From NCBI GenBank assembly GCA_032718475.1, contig JAUCBJ010005974.1:1-45615 (forward strand): DNA of 45,615 nt. The letters are read 5' to 3'. The notes under the pieces were generated by a model. It was given only the letters and a program-made list of their open reading frames with translations. It was not told the DNA's origin and did not search any database. Positions 23,930 to 36,410 of this stretch are shown piece after piece. Position numbers and translations under genes: made by a program. The DNA comes from Nemertoderma westbladi. Its lineage: Eukaryota > Animalia > Xenacoelomorpha. Position 1 is the first letter of the stretch. Each line of letters opens with the position of its first letter.

Positions 23930-25868
23930 GCCGGGTTAGTGGTGGGGGGCCTGGGGCCGGGTTAGTGGTGGTGGGGGGCCTGGGGCCGGGTTAGTGGTGG
24001 GGGGGGGGGGGGGCTGGGGCCGGGTTAGTGGTGGGGGGCCTGGGGCTGGGTTAGTGGTGGGGGGCCTGGGGCCGGGTTAGTGGTGGGTGGCCTGGGGCTG
24101 GGTTAGTGGTGGGGGCCTTGGGCCGGGTTAGTGGTGGTGGGCCTGGGGCCGGGTTAGTGGTGGGGGGCCTGGGGCCGGGTTAGTGGTGGGGGGCCTGGGG
24201 CCGGGTTAGTGGTGGGGGGGGGGCTGGGGCCGGGTTAGTGGTGGGGGGCCTGGGGCCGGGTTAGTGGTGGGGGGCCTGGGGCCGGTTAGTGGTGGGGGGC
24301 CTGGGGCCGGGTTAGTGGTGGGTGGCCTGGGGCTGGGTTAGTGGTGGGGGCCTTGGGCCGGGTTAGTGGTGGGGGGGGGGCTGGGGGCGGGTTAGTGGTG
24401 GGGGGCCTGGGGCCGGGTTAGTGGTGGGGGGCCTGGGGCCGGGTTAGTGGTGGGGGGCCTGGGGCCGGGTTAGTGGTGGGGGTGGCTGGGGCCGGGTTAG
24501 TGGTGGGGGGCCTGGGGCCGGGTTAGTGGTGGGGGGCCTGGGGCCGGGTTAGTGGTGGGGGGCCTGGGGCCGGGTTAGTGGTGGGGGGGGGCTGGGGCCG
24601 GGTTAGTGGTGGGGGGCCTGGGGCCGGGTTAGTGGTGGGGGGGGGGCTGGGGCCGGGTTAGTGGTGGGGGGCCTGGGGCCGGGTTAGTGGTGGGTGGCCT
24701 GGGGCTGGGTTAGTGGTGGGGGCCTTGGGCCGGGTTAGTGGTGGTGGGCCTGGGGCCGGGTTAGTGGTGGGGGGCCTGGGGCCGGGTTAGTGGTGGGGGG
24801 ACTGGGGCCGGGTTAGTGGTGGGTGGCCTGGGGCTGGGTTAGTGGTGGGGGCCTTAGGCCGGGTTAGTGGTTGTGGGCCGGGGGCCGGGTTAGTGGTGGG
24901 GGGCCTGGGGCCGGGTTAGTGGTGGGGGGGGGCTGGGGCCGGGTTAGTGGTGGGGGGCCTGGGGCCGGGTTAGTGGTGGGGGGGGGCTGGGGCCGGGTTA
25001 GTGGTGGGGGGCCTGGGGCCGGGTTAGTGGTGGGGGGCCTGGGGCCGGGTTAGTGGGAGGGGGGCTCGGGCCGGGTTAGTGGTGGGGGGCCTGGGGCCGG
25101 GTTAGTGGTGGGGGGGTGGGCTGGGGCCGGGTTAGTGGTGGGGGGCCTGGGGCCGGGTTAGTGGTGGGGGGCCTGGGGCCGGGTGAGTGGTGGGGGGCCT
25201 GGGGCCGGGTTAGTGGTGGGGGGTCTGGGGCCGGGTTAGTGGTGGGTGGCCTGGGGCCGGGTTAGTGGTGGTGGGCCTGGGGCCGGGTTAGTGGTGGGGG
25301 GCCTGGGGCCGGGTTAGTGGTGGTGGGCCTGGGGCCGGGTTAGTGGTGGGGGGCCTGGGGCCGGGTTAGTGGTGGGGGGCCTGGGGCCGGGTTAGTGTTG
25401 GGGGGCCTGGGGCCGGGTTAGTGGTGGGGGGCCTGGGGCCGGGTTAGTGGTGGGGGCCTGGGGCCGGGTTAGTGGTGGGGGGCCTGGGGCCGGGTTAGTG
25501 GTGGGGGGCCTGGGGCCGGGTTAGTGGTGGGGGGCCTGGGGCCGGGTTAGTGGTGGGGGGCCTGGGGCCGGGTTAGTGGTGGGGGGCCTGGGGCCGGGTT
25601 AGTGGTGGTGGGCCTGGGGCCGGGTTAGTGGTGGGGGGCCTGGGGCCGGGTTAGTGGTGGGGGGCCTGGGGCCGGGTTAGTGGTGGGGGGCCTGGGGCCG
25701 GGTTAGTGGTGGGGGGACTGGGGCCGGGTTAGTGGTGGGGGGCCTGGGGTCGGGTTAGTGGTGGGGGGCCTGGGGGCCGGGTTAGTGGTGGGGGGCCTGG
25801 GGCCGGGTTAGTGGTGGGGGGCCTGGGCCGGGTTAGTGGTGGGGGGCCTGGGGCCGGGTTAGTGGTGG
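23930..25868 (+). repeat. G-rich minisatellite, ~26-bp unit GGGGCCGGGTTAGTGGTGGGGGGCCT, roughly 70-75 copies
   Basis: Seen directly; variant units with GGGTGG, GGTGGG and longer G-runs. Confidence 0.97.
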
Positions 25869-26770
25869 CTTTTGGTCACTTTAACCATCTATATATTAAT
25901 GGGATAGCAATCAACATGAGTCTTGAAGCCAGGTGCTCTCTGTATTCAGGCGCTCTGTGTGCTGTTATCCGAGTACTATCTCGATTTTACTGGAAGATAT
26001 AGGTAGATCTTGATTGGAGATTATTATGCTCTGAAACATTAGATGCTTATAAGGAATTAGACCCCCATCAACTTCGACAATCTGACTAGCAATAGGCAAT
26101 ATGACGGCTACCATCACTGGCTGTGTATTACAAACACATATGTTTGCATCCCCTTGTGACTTGTTATTTATATAACAGTATCTAATTACAATTAACATAA
26201 CGAATATTGGTAAACTTAAGCACTACTTATAATCAAGATAAATAATATAAATTGAATTTAATTTAATTGTATCGACGGTTACTAGACAGAATGATACTGA
26301 CAGATATGAGAACTAACTATACATAGCATTATAGTTGCAGTCACATTCCTTCTAGAACTGCTAGCACATTTGTAGAATTCTTAGAAAATCCCTAGCTACA
26401 AACTAATAAATACCATATCATCATCCCCTACAAGGCAGTCTAAATGAGGATTTGATTTGATGTTATATCATTTGAACAAATAAATTATTAATGCCTCACT
26501 ATTAATATTTCATTATATATTTTATGTGTACAACTGCACTATGAACTGTTATAGGCTGTCCAGGATTTGGAAGTCACATAGAATACATCAGAAAATTAAG
26601 GTTCGACTATTTAGAGCAGCAGTAGAAGAATTAGAGAGCGCCATGAGGACCAGGCTGTGCATAATCTTGTGCTTTGGTGGCCTCATGGATAAAATAAGCA
26701 TGGTTTTTTTTACTTTTTTAAGACGCTTCTTAAAGGACACTGGCCTTGAAGATGTGGGTAATCTTTTAAC

Positions 26771-28117
26771 GGCGCAGTGGCGGTACGGCTAATGTCGCGT
26801 TGTGGAAAGTCGCGTTACGGCTAATTTTCAGAGTAGCCGTAACGCGACTTTGAAAGTCGCGGTACGGCAAATCGATTGTCTTGGTTTTACATTGGGAATC
26901 ATTATCAATATTATTCTATGGTGTTTACGTACAGATGAGGAAGGTTCGTAAAATATAATGTAATACTGTTTTACAGCATGGGAATAGCCAGGGGGGGGGG
27001 GGGGGGGGTTGTGATTTTAACTAAAAAAACTTAATTTATTAATTATTGTATTATTTTTGTTGCCTTGAGTACCGCAGTACACAGCACCATAGGTAAATTG
27101 GTCGAAAGTATATCAGTATATTGCTGAAATATTGCACTTTGAATTTATCATTATAATAATCAGATGAAAAGTATCTAAAACTAACCAGTGATCGCCCACG
27201 TATGGCATTTGGTTCGTGGTGGGGTGGGTTGGAATGGTTCGGCCGCGAGGGGGTGGTGCGGGGGTGGGTTGGGAAGAAATGGTTGACCGCGAAGGGGTGG
27301 TTGGTTTGGTGGTGGGGTGGGTTGGAATGGTTCGGCCACGAAGGGGTGGTGCGGGTGTGGGTTGGGAAGAAATGGTTCGGCCGTGATGGGATGGTTCGGG
27401 GGTGGGTTGGAATGGTTCGGCCGCGAGGGGGTGGTGCGGGGGTGGGTTGGGAAGAAATGGTTCAGCCGCGATGGGATGGTTCAGGGGTGGGTTGGGAAGA
27501 AATGGTTGGCCGCGAAGGGGTGGTTGGTTTGGTGGTGGGGTGGGTTGGAATGGTTCGGCCACGAAGGGGTGGTGCGGGTGTGGGTTGGGAAGAAATGGTT
27601 CGGCCGCGATGGGATGGTTCGGGGGTGGGTTGGGAAGAAATGGTTTGGCCGTGGAGGTGTGGTGCACCACACCAACATTCCAGTCGGGATCACCACCCCC
27701 TCCCAATGCAGCTGGACCTTCAACTGGGTGATAGGTGGCCGGGAGGACGGTCATTATCTGGTGATCAGTCCCCAAACAGAACTCCATATGGCCTAGGTAG
27801 TGAGCCAGGCGTTGGTTAACAACATCGATATGAAGTAGTGGAATATGTTCCACAAAACCATTAAGTGTTTCTTTGGCTGCTATTATTGGCTGTTCAAAAC
27901 ATTATTACATTACATTTTTCGGACCTCATCTGTTCGTAAACACCATAGAATAATATTGATAATGATTCCCTATGTAAGACAATAGATTAGCCGTAACGCG
28001 ACAATTAGCCATAACGCGAGAATTAGCCTAACGCAACTTTTAGAGTAGCCGTATCGCGACTTTGAAAGTCGCATTACGGCTAATCTCTCAAAAAATTAGC
28101 CGTAACGCGACAACACC
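26771..28117. mobile_element. MULE/foldback-like element with ~200-bp TIRs, 8-bp TSD and GC-rich internal segment
   Basis: Perfect TSD CTTTTAAC (26763-26770, 28118-28125); TIRs built of GTCGCGTTACGGCTA repeats plus GGGAATCATTATCAATATTATTCTATGGTGTTTACG and its reverse complement. Confidence 0.9.
27206..27660 (+). repeat. GT-rich tandem repeat (~42-48-bp variable units) inside the MULE-like element
   Basis: Repeated GGGTGGGTTGG(GAAGA)AATGGTTCGGCCGCGA. Confidence 0.9.
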
Positions 28118-28269
28118 CTTTTAACGGATAACATCTCGCGAAAGTCATCGGGGAATTTTTTTCCTCAGTTGTGACAGCGTAATTTTGTCGACAAGCCGGC
28201 ATAGCATTCTTAATGCATGCTGCATTACAGCAACCAATTGTAGATTGCATGGCTGTGGCACAATATTTC

Positions 28270-29500
28270 TTTGTTACGTCTTCATATCATCACAATGTGC
28301 CGCTACAATGCAGCAGGCCCATTATAGATAGATATGAAATGTTATGAACAGTGTAATGAACTCTATCAAAAAGATGATTCAAATTGCACATTTTAAATAA
28401 ATAGCAAAAATCCTGAAGTTTAGTGAACAGACCAGTAATTAAACATAGACCAATATAACATTTATTTATGTTTGTTTCACTATCGAGATTCAACACGGAT
28501 TTGAAATGTAGATTGGATGGGATTATTTACATTTACAATTCAAATTATTTATATTATTATACATAGATATATCAGCCGCACCATTAGGTGCATTACAGGC
28601 AACCTGTGGAACTCACCGACACCGGCACAGATGGCGATCTGACCTGTTAATCCCCAAATCATCCGTATTTCGGTATAGAGACTAGTAACTTTTAGCAGAA
28701 GTTAGATAATTACTTGTATTAACCCAATATTCGGAAATGTGAGCGTAATTTAGATCCCCAGCATAATTTAGTTCCTGAAAATTGTCTAAGTAAATCTCCG
28801 CAGCTTTGAATTTCTCACTTGAAAAGATCATCCAATGCATAGCATAACATAGAATGTAATAAATGAATCCTTGCTAGAATTAAGTAACTGGCATAAATGC
28901 TACTTGGAGCCACAATTTGTAAAGTATTATTAGGCAATGCAGTGCAGAGATACACTGTGTAAATTAGTGTTTGGTCATGCAATGTGTCAAACCTTGGTAT
29001 CATTATGCCTATTGTGCACGTACAATGATAGACTGGGCAGTGGGCACGACACCTTATGCCTCACATTGTGTTCATATTACCACCACCTTATGGAATTAAT
29101 GGTTGCCGGCTCTCGGAAAGCCGAAACTGGAGATACAATACCTTGGATACACCCAAGCTGTCAACACCTTCCTATTGCACACCAATCTAACAATAATTTC
29201 AGAAATTTGAGATATTACAGCAAATAATTAACATGCCTAATGATATTAAATTTTCTCGACTTTTAAAAACACATTTAATATCATTACTATGATTGATTCA
29301 ACTCATTCGCCTATTATCATTTTTATAAGCTTTACATTTTTACATTCAACAAAGCTATGTATGACATTACTAGTTTAGCCAAATGCTTCCTTTGTATTTT
29401 CAACTAAAATGTAAACTGCAAAATAATGTTTAAAATCCATTAGCTTGTTTTCCAATCTTTTGGTATCATTTATTTGGATGTCACCTTTGACATCCCGATA
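28270..29500 (-). pseudogene. Decayed LRR-protein gene segment
   Basis: Minus-strand EGVDSLGVSKVLYLQ, CRAHCPVYHCTCT (LRRNT-like), LPNNTLQIVAPSSI, GLFTKLQDFCYL, HNISYLSIMGLLHC; stops and frameshifts throughout. Confidence 0.55.
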
Positions 29501-30093
29501 GATTTTGTCAGTTTTGAGCTGATGATTCCTGAATTTTGGGTGAGCTCCCTAGAATTTAGGGACCCCCACCCCCCCTATCAAAATTCCTGGATACTCCCCT
29601 GTTGAGGACGGACTAAACGTAAATAAAGTTATTACTTTCTTCAAAAGGATGTTACTTACCAGTCATTACTTTTAATTCCCGCCCACATTCACTTCCTTTG
29701 CTATTTTACTTTCTGCCTTAACCTAATATAATTTTATAATTAATTATATGGATGCGGAGGATGGGTTTGGACAAGGTTGTATTATAATACAAAATAAATA
29801 TGTGTCATTAGATTGTGAAAAATTTTGATTAAATAAATTCCCTAATCATAAAACTATAATGTCTACAAATTAGGAGCAACATTGGATTGGATGTCTGATC
29901 GATGCAAATTATTGTTTGAGTGATTGACTGATTAATAGTGAATCCAATAATTGAGTAAAAACGTAATGTAGTTTTACTTCAACATTAAATAATTCTTAAT
30001 ATTAAATAAATAATTTTTTGTATTAAAAGTGCATTCTCTCTCTCTCCCTCATTCATGCATTAAAGTTTATCAGAAATAAAACACATTTTTAAA

Positions 30094-30260
30094 GGAAGCA
30101 GGACAATTCGGTCCCGGACAATTCGGTCCCGGACAATTCGGTCCCGGACAATTCGGTCCCGGACAATTCGGTCACGGACAATTCGGTCCCGGACAATTCG
30201 GTCCCGGACAATTCGGTCACGGACAATCCGGTCCCGGACTAGTCGAATTGTCCTACATCC
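30094..30260. mobile_element. 167-bp MULE-like MITE made of 15-bp GGACAATTCGGTCCC repeats
   Basis: Perfect 9-bp TSD ATTTTTAAA (30085-30093, 30261-30269); TIR GGAAGCAGGACAATTCG / CGAATTGTCCTACATCC; ~9 repeat units. Confidence 0.92.
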
Positions 30261-31539
30261 ATTTTTAAAGGTTCAATTTGATGCTGTTTCTAAATTTTAC
30301 GATGTTTGTTACAATACTTTCCGAACCTCAGGTATACTTTATTTCATCAAAATCCGAAAATAGAACAGTTTAATTTAGTAAATGTGTTATTAATAAACGC
30401 CCGCTGACCCGTAGCTCAGCAATATTTGGTAATTTTTAAAATATATATTCGTTGAAGAATTGAAAAACAAATTATGTTCCAGAAACAAAATCATAGTTTA
30501 TGTCAAAAAACGATATAGGTAAATGTTGTAAATGTAAGTAAATGTTTGTAGGAAAGTTTTATTTTGACAATTTCTTTTAAAATTCATCAAGCTCAGAAAA
30601 TTAAGTGTCTTCAAATCAGAAACAGAATAAGAAAAAGTGATTGGGAAAACAATCTTCACTCATAATTTTTACCACATGATATATTAATTAATATTGGATG
30701 GAGTCTAAACGTAAATCCTATAATAATAACACGCAAAGCTTGTGTACAATGCAAATTAAATTATAATTTTTTAAATAATGATGCACATAACCACTTGCAG
30801 AGGCAGCGTCTCTAAAGAATTTAATAATATCAACAAGGGTCGTTCAAGTACTGTTTCGTCTGATTAAAAAATCTAGCAAAGATTTTATTAACAAAAATTG
30901 AAAAGAAAATGTCATATGATGGACAGCCGGTTGAGTTCATTCATTGGGCAATAATTAAACTACAGCCTTGTCCTGTAGAAACCAAACTGAGAAAAAGAGT
31001 GGACAATAGGAAAGAACATGAATCATAATAGCTCAAATATTGACAGATCGATATATCCAGCTGGTTTTATTTCATTCAAAGTTGTGTCAATCCAGGTTAT
31101 GTAATTATTCATTTACAACTGAAAATATTAGATACAATTTTGAAGTGGTAAATTAAGGGTGACTACACAATGGCGATGCTGTCAATAAATACGTGTAATG
31201 TTGATTCGTAATGTATTACACTGTAATATAGTGGAAGGTTTCAAAGTAATGGAAAGATTGGCAGGAAGAATCTTGATGCCATATGTTCTTTGGGGGCATA
31301 AGGGCTGCCCTGCCTAGAATTCGCGTCCTTAGGAGTATGTGAGTTTCATGTCATGATGGCAGATTTGAGATGGAGTGTGACTGTATGCCCAGCACCAGCT
31401 TTAAACATCTTCTAAAGTCGCATGCTGCATTATATACATATACACACACATATTAAGAATTCTATGTCGAATTTAGATACTACAGTCATTGGACGAAGAC
31501 CAGTCCACTAACTACCAGAATGTAATAAAAGCCCATAAT

Positions 31540-31915
31540 GAATCTTCCAAGAGGCATATTCCCCAGAAAGAGTGTTCTCCTCTCCCATGTTATCAGGTGC
31601 TTCCTTAGAGCATCTCTCACTTCTTCTCCCTCCAGGATGTCAAAGGCCTCAGGCAACTCATTCTTTGCTCCAACAAAGTTGGTGACATTGTCTGAATAGA
31701 GTTTCTTGACAATCATGCCTCTGAGGGGTAAGAATCGTTCCAAAGCATTTATAAATGCTGACGCCATCGCACCAGTTCTATCGCACCACCCTTGAGATGT
31801 TGCACACAAAGATTATCCTGTAGCGCTTCTCTGTGTGCTGCATCACTTTAATTTTACCATTTTCATTGGACCAAACATGTCCACCCCATTGTATGTGAAC
31901 AGGGGCACATGATGC
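31540..31915 (-). mobile_element. BEL/Pao LTR retrotransposon integrase remnant
   Basis: PLFTYNGVDMFGP...KRYRIIFVC...AFINALERF...LYSDNVTNFVGAKNEL...ITW. Confidence 0.85.
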
Positions 31916-32499
31916 GTCACTCTAGTTTCCGGAAATGGTGCCATCACTTGCACAGCCTTGTTCTTCCTTATTCATCTTCATTAATTCCCTTTCTAATGAG
32001 TCTTTCTCCAAGTCCAACCTCCATTCCAACACATTTTCATCCAATGTGATCAGATCCTGCTGACATACTGCATCTATTTGCGCTACCCTTCTTGCTTTTA
32101 CAGAGGATGTGGTAAAATTTACGCTTACAATGAATGCCAATCTTTTATTAACTTTACTAGCCCTTTTGGCTTCCCCCACAGACGATATGGAGTCCTATGC
32201 GATAACCTCATGAATCAGGATTGATATCATCCGATTCTGCTTTATCCGCTAATTTTATACCTCGTGTATCTACCCTGTACGGCCCTACATACACCTTATT
32301 AATAATTATAATCCAACTCTGTTTTAGTTTAAATAATTCTGTGGTGACTTCCCACACCCGCTCATCCAACAGATCCTTTTGCCCAAATCGAGCTAAATAT
32401 TCACAATGTTTATTGGTTACACCAACGTTTTGTAGCCTCATAGTCAGATCAACTTTACCAGTTTTCTTTGCAATATTGAGGAGCTTCCTGGTGGTGTTG

Positions 32500-33520
32500 T
32501 AGCCCATCGTCAACTTCTGGCTTTCCTCCACATCCGCATGTTATACTGGTTGATCGTCCTGGTTTCTCCTTGTGCAGTGTTGTACTGTGGGCCCATTCAT
32601 CGCCTTTCCATTGGACCCTGTGCCACCAACACCTGCCCATTGGCTGGTGGCCTTGGTACCTCCTCATCGTGTATCGATCCACGTCCCTCGCCTTATACCC
32701 CGATCTGTGTTCCTCGCCTCGTATCGATCCGCATCTCCCCTCTGACAGATCTGGTATGGCGGGCTGGTACCGCTCCATCACCACCTCCCAGATAGTGATA
32801 TCCCTCTCGATGGGAGTTGCTGATAGGCTGCACCCCCTTTCAGAACTTCGCATGAACTTCGCTCCAGGTTCGCTCATCGTTGTTCAGCTGTGGACGTTTT
32901 GTACTGTGATGGGATCCATGTTGGCCCCGAATCCCGACTGTTCGACTGGCTTAGTGTGTCACGCACCATCCGGGCTACTATCCCATGGTAGATGGACTAA
33001 CTTTGGCCATAGGTCCAGTAAAATAACTGAGTTTATTAGTCTGACTTTGATGTTAATGTGACTATTGATGTTGGATTGCACTGTTACTGGTAGCCTATGA
33101 TGGTTGGATAGTATGCATGCAGTAGCAGTACAAAACGTTGCACACTCTTCAGGTGTTAAATGGCAACTAACTGCCTTATAAAACTGACAAAATGGCTGCC
33201 ATTATGTCAATGCACCAATGGTAGCATAGGGGTTGATACAAGTGCCCTCCTCCTCCCATTGTTCGTCCTACAGATCACGCCAAGTGATGGCTATGTTGGC
33301 CCTTGGCTCACCATAGATGGACTTAATGGTCCCCCTACTAGCATGCCTTGCTCTAACCATGTCATATCTTCTTTTTCGGTTGTATGTCACTTCTGGCACT
33401 TCCAGCCAATATTGGTAAATTGGCTCCCCTTCCCATTTTCTGATTGGAGCACATAGCCGACTGAATCCACTAACACCCTTTGATAAGGCTCACCTTACAC
33501 GTGGCTCGCCCCACAGAGGT
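32500..33520 (-). mobile_element. Gypsy-type integrase remnant with chromodomain-like peptide
   Basis: GEPYQRVLVDSVG and a (D)NGSHF-like integrase motif; downstream WWHRVQWKGDEWAHST. Confidence 0.5.
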
Positions 33521-34067
33521 AGAATACATGCAAATTTTTGCCCCGTTATTGAATTGAAATATTTCCAACTTTATTGTTTTAAGAATATTTGTATCTAATT
33601 TTTAATGAAGTAGTCAGACAGTGTTAAATTAAATTAGATATATTACAAATCAACAATAGTAATGACTTACTAAATTAAAATTAAAATTTAACCTGAAGCA
33701 CCACCACACCACGCCATGTGAAGGTTGCCTGGGAGGACTTAAAAACAAAACCCAACTTAACAAAACGTAACAACTTAACTTAACAACAATTATCATAATT
33801 AATCAAAGATGAAGTAAAGCAAAGTTAACAGTGAACATGTGAAAGATGAAGCACTGGAGGCAACCCGAAAGCTCACCTCTCTCTTTGCTGGTACAGGGAA
33901 GGAGGGCGCCACTGTAACTCCCATGGTTGAATACACTATAACTATCCAAACCTTTCTTTACTCCCCCAGCAGAAGCCAGGTTCCCATTGTACCCGCTGGG
34001 TATGCTAAAGCACTAATGTATAGCTATATCGAATGATGACCAATGTCGAATGATGACCTGCAATTAA

Positions 34068-34891
34068 GGGTATCCCCCCCCCCCCCACCCCGAGGGGGGA
34101 GGGGGGGCGGGGGGGGGGGACTAATTGACAATTTATTGTTTCTTTATTTCATTTCGAGCATAATTTAATGAGGATTACAAATCTGAAAACCGTTTAGTAA
34201 GACCTCTTTTGTTTCTTGATTTATCACTGTCTTTCTGTATGACGGTCTGTCCGTCAAATTGTAAGAACGACAGAAGACCGACAGACTGACACACAGACTA
34301 GATTCCACCAAACATTAAAACTGACATCAGATATGAAATAAGCGACCCCGAAATCCCCCGTAATGATAATTTTAGCTCGTTGGTTGCATTCTTCATGCCA
34401 GTTTTCTGGGAATGAAATTTTTCCTTTTCAAATTACTACACCTCCGTCATTTTTCAACCAATTTTTTTCGTTTTGGGTTCATTCGTACGAGCTTTGGCAG
34501 CTCTTTAAAAGTTATTTTATGGATTTTTGATAAATATTACCAGTTTCTGTAATCAGCCAATTTTAATTAAAAATATAATAATTAATTTATTAATTAAAAT
34601 TTCTATTAAAATGGCTAATTAAAAATTCTATAAGATGACTTTTGTAGAATCAATGACGCTGAGTCCGAAAAAGTTGGTTTCAAGAATTTTGAACCTAGAT
34701 TGAGGGACTAGTAGCATATTTAGTGAAATATTTAATTCTGCCACCAGCCGCTAGAGGGAGGTTATATATTTTCAAATTTCCCTATAGAGGGTATTTGGCC
34801 TTCCATACAGTGGTTGGCTATGAAAAAATAATATTTTCATTTAATACTAATTGGCAGCCATTTTAAAAAATGGTTCATGGTGGTATACCCC
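34068..34891. mobile_element. Non-autonomous Kolobok-like element (TTAA TSD)
   Basis: TTAA|GGGTATCCCC ... GGTATACCCC|TTAA; shares GATTACAAATCTGAAAA and ACTACACCTCCGTCATTTTTCAACCAATT motifs with the 43300-44003 copy; CTCF-like CCGCTAGAGGGAG at 34748. Confidence 0.75.
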
Positions 34892-35446
34892 TTAAATCCA
34901 ACGTAATATTTAGAGACCACCAATTTATAAAGCATTAATCTTGTAATGTTTTCTAGTTATAATCTAATCATTGTCGGGTGAGTAATGAAGCCTTATGACT
35001 CCATATAACTGTATTGAAATCCAATAAACATAAAATGATTATATTCCAGGGATTGAATGATTAGGATATCATAGGCCTATCCACCTATATGTGCTGAAGG
35101 CATTCTTGAGAAACTGGGAAACGACATTAATTTAGATGACGTCACGTTCAAAGTGGGAGATAAAATCTCATCTAATTATAGTATTCCTCGCTGTAATCCA
35201 TGCACTCGAAATTGATTACATTCCGGCTACGGGACCCCCTCCCCTCACTACTAGGGTAATACGATTTATTCAACTATGTGAACTATAGCTGATAACTCTC
35301 AGGGATAAATTCGAAAATAATGGCAGCTCACCGCTTCTGGAATGCTTCAATTATTTTGATTGTGAACCATGTGCGCTTCCATGCACTCTTAGTCTCTGTA
35401 ACCTCTAGAGTCAGTCACACCTATGAGACGGCAAAATTCCTCTTGC

Positions 35447-35502
35447 TATGTTATTTACCAACTGGCGTGTAAACCAGCACTTTCCAGTTGGTAAATAACA
35501 TA
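35447..35502. mobile_element. 56-bp perfect inverted repeat; TA-bounded mini-element related to family B
   Basis: TATGTTATTTACCAACTGG / CCAGTTGGTAAATAACATA (19-bp arms). Confidence 0.7.
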
Positions 35503-35514
35503 ATTTTACTAACA

Positions 35515-35734
35515 ATTGAATATATATTCCGCTCAATGTTAAATTCTAAATTTAGAGAAAGGAGCAGGTTACAGTGGCACGATATTTTAACCAAAACAAT
35601 AAACTAAATACAATAGAACAGATTACAGTTTTATTTTTGAGAGTAATCAGCTGTTATTTGCGTCCAATTTACCCTGAAGAGGGGTGAATTTTTATTGCGT
35701 CCAGTTCCCCCCCCCCCCCCCCCCCCCCCTATCT
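35515..35734. mobile_element. MITE family A, left-truncated copy
   Basis: Near-identical to ~1195-1398 including right TIR with expanded C-run. Confidence 0.85.
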
Positions 35735-35879
35735 GTTAATTTTAGATAGATTTATTTTCATCTACTTAGATTTTAACTTATTTTACTAAATATATATATA
35801 TACATATATAATACTATTAATTACTTATGAGGTTGTATAAATTATATATAATAAAACAAAAAAAAATGGTTTTCCATAT

Positions 35880-36040
35880 GGAAACAGGGCAATTCATGGC
35901 AGGACAATGCAATTGTACAATTATGTCCCTCAAAAATCTGTCCTGAACAATTCGGCAATTGAAGAATTCGTCTCAGATTATTAGGTCCCATTAATGAGTA
36001 GGTTTGGGACAGGGATTGTCTAGGACCAAATTGTCCTGTA
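35880..36040. mobile_element. Degenerate member of the GGACAATT MITE family
   Basis: GGAAACAGGGCAATTC ... AAATTGTCCTGTAT with decayed GACAATT/AATTGTC repeats. Confidence 0.5.
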
Positions 36041-36269
36041 TGTATTTAATAACTGAATGGGACATAATATTATTACAATTATACATGATGTAATAATACA
36101 CCCAAAATAAAACCTTTCGGTCCACATAATACGAAAAAATCGAAAAATTCAACATCCATTCGAATTAAAATGTAATTTTTTATTAAAATATTATTTTTGA
36201 ATTGGTGTATATTGACTACTACTAGGATTGGTGTATATTGAAATCTATCATAAATATGATGTTTCAAGT

Positions 36270-36410
36270 AGAGACTGGGGGGGGGGGGGGTTAAATATTT
36301 ATTAAGGGAAAGGAACAGGTTGCAGTTTTAATTTTGGGAGTAATCAGCTGGTATTGCGTTGACTTTTCCATGTAGAATGAATTTTGATTTCGTCAAATGT
36401 ACCCCCATAT
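36270..36410. mobile_element. MITE family A, short diverged copy
   Basis: AGAGACTGGGG.., GGGAAAGGAACAGGTTGCAGT, GAGTAATCAGCTG. Confidence 0.7.

Larger units (their letters stand above)
26545..28260 (+). mobile_element. Old RTE 3' fragment split by a MULE-like insertion (26545-26770 and 28118-28260)
   Basis: RLSRIWKSHRI..KIKVRLFRAAV and FLRRFLKDTGLED match the 11903-13648 RT; resumes with TTTTGTCGACAAGCCGGCATAGCATTCTT. Confidence 0.9.

Noticed and set aside
23930-25868. True telomeric array, or Gly-rich protein ORFs (24871-25053, 25811-26002)
   Set aside because: No tandem TTAGGG; G-run length variation shifts frames, so the ORFs are repeat artefacts
27202-27819. Plus-strand Trp/Gly-rich ORFs
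   Set aside because: Open in all three frames because the GT-rich repeat lacks stop codons
30101-30240. Regular short repeats as a CRISPR array (also 19409-19495, 37890-38010, 44303-45292)
   Set aside because: Head-to-tail repeats with no unique spacers, no cas genes, eukaryotic context
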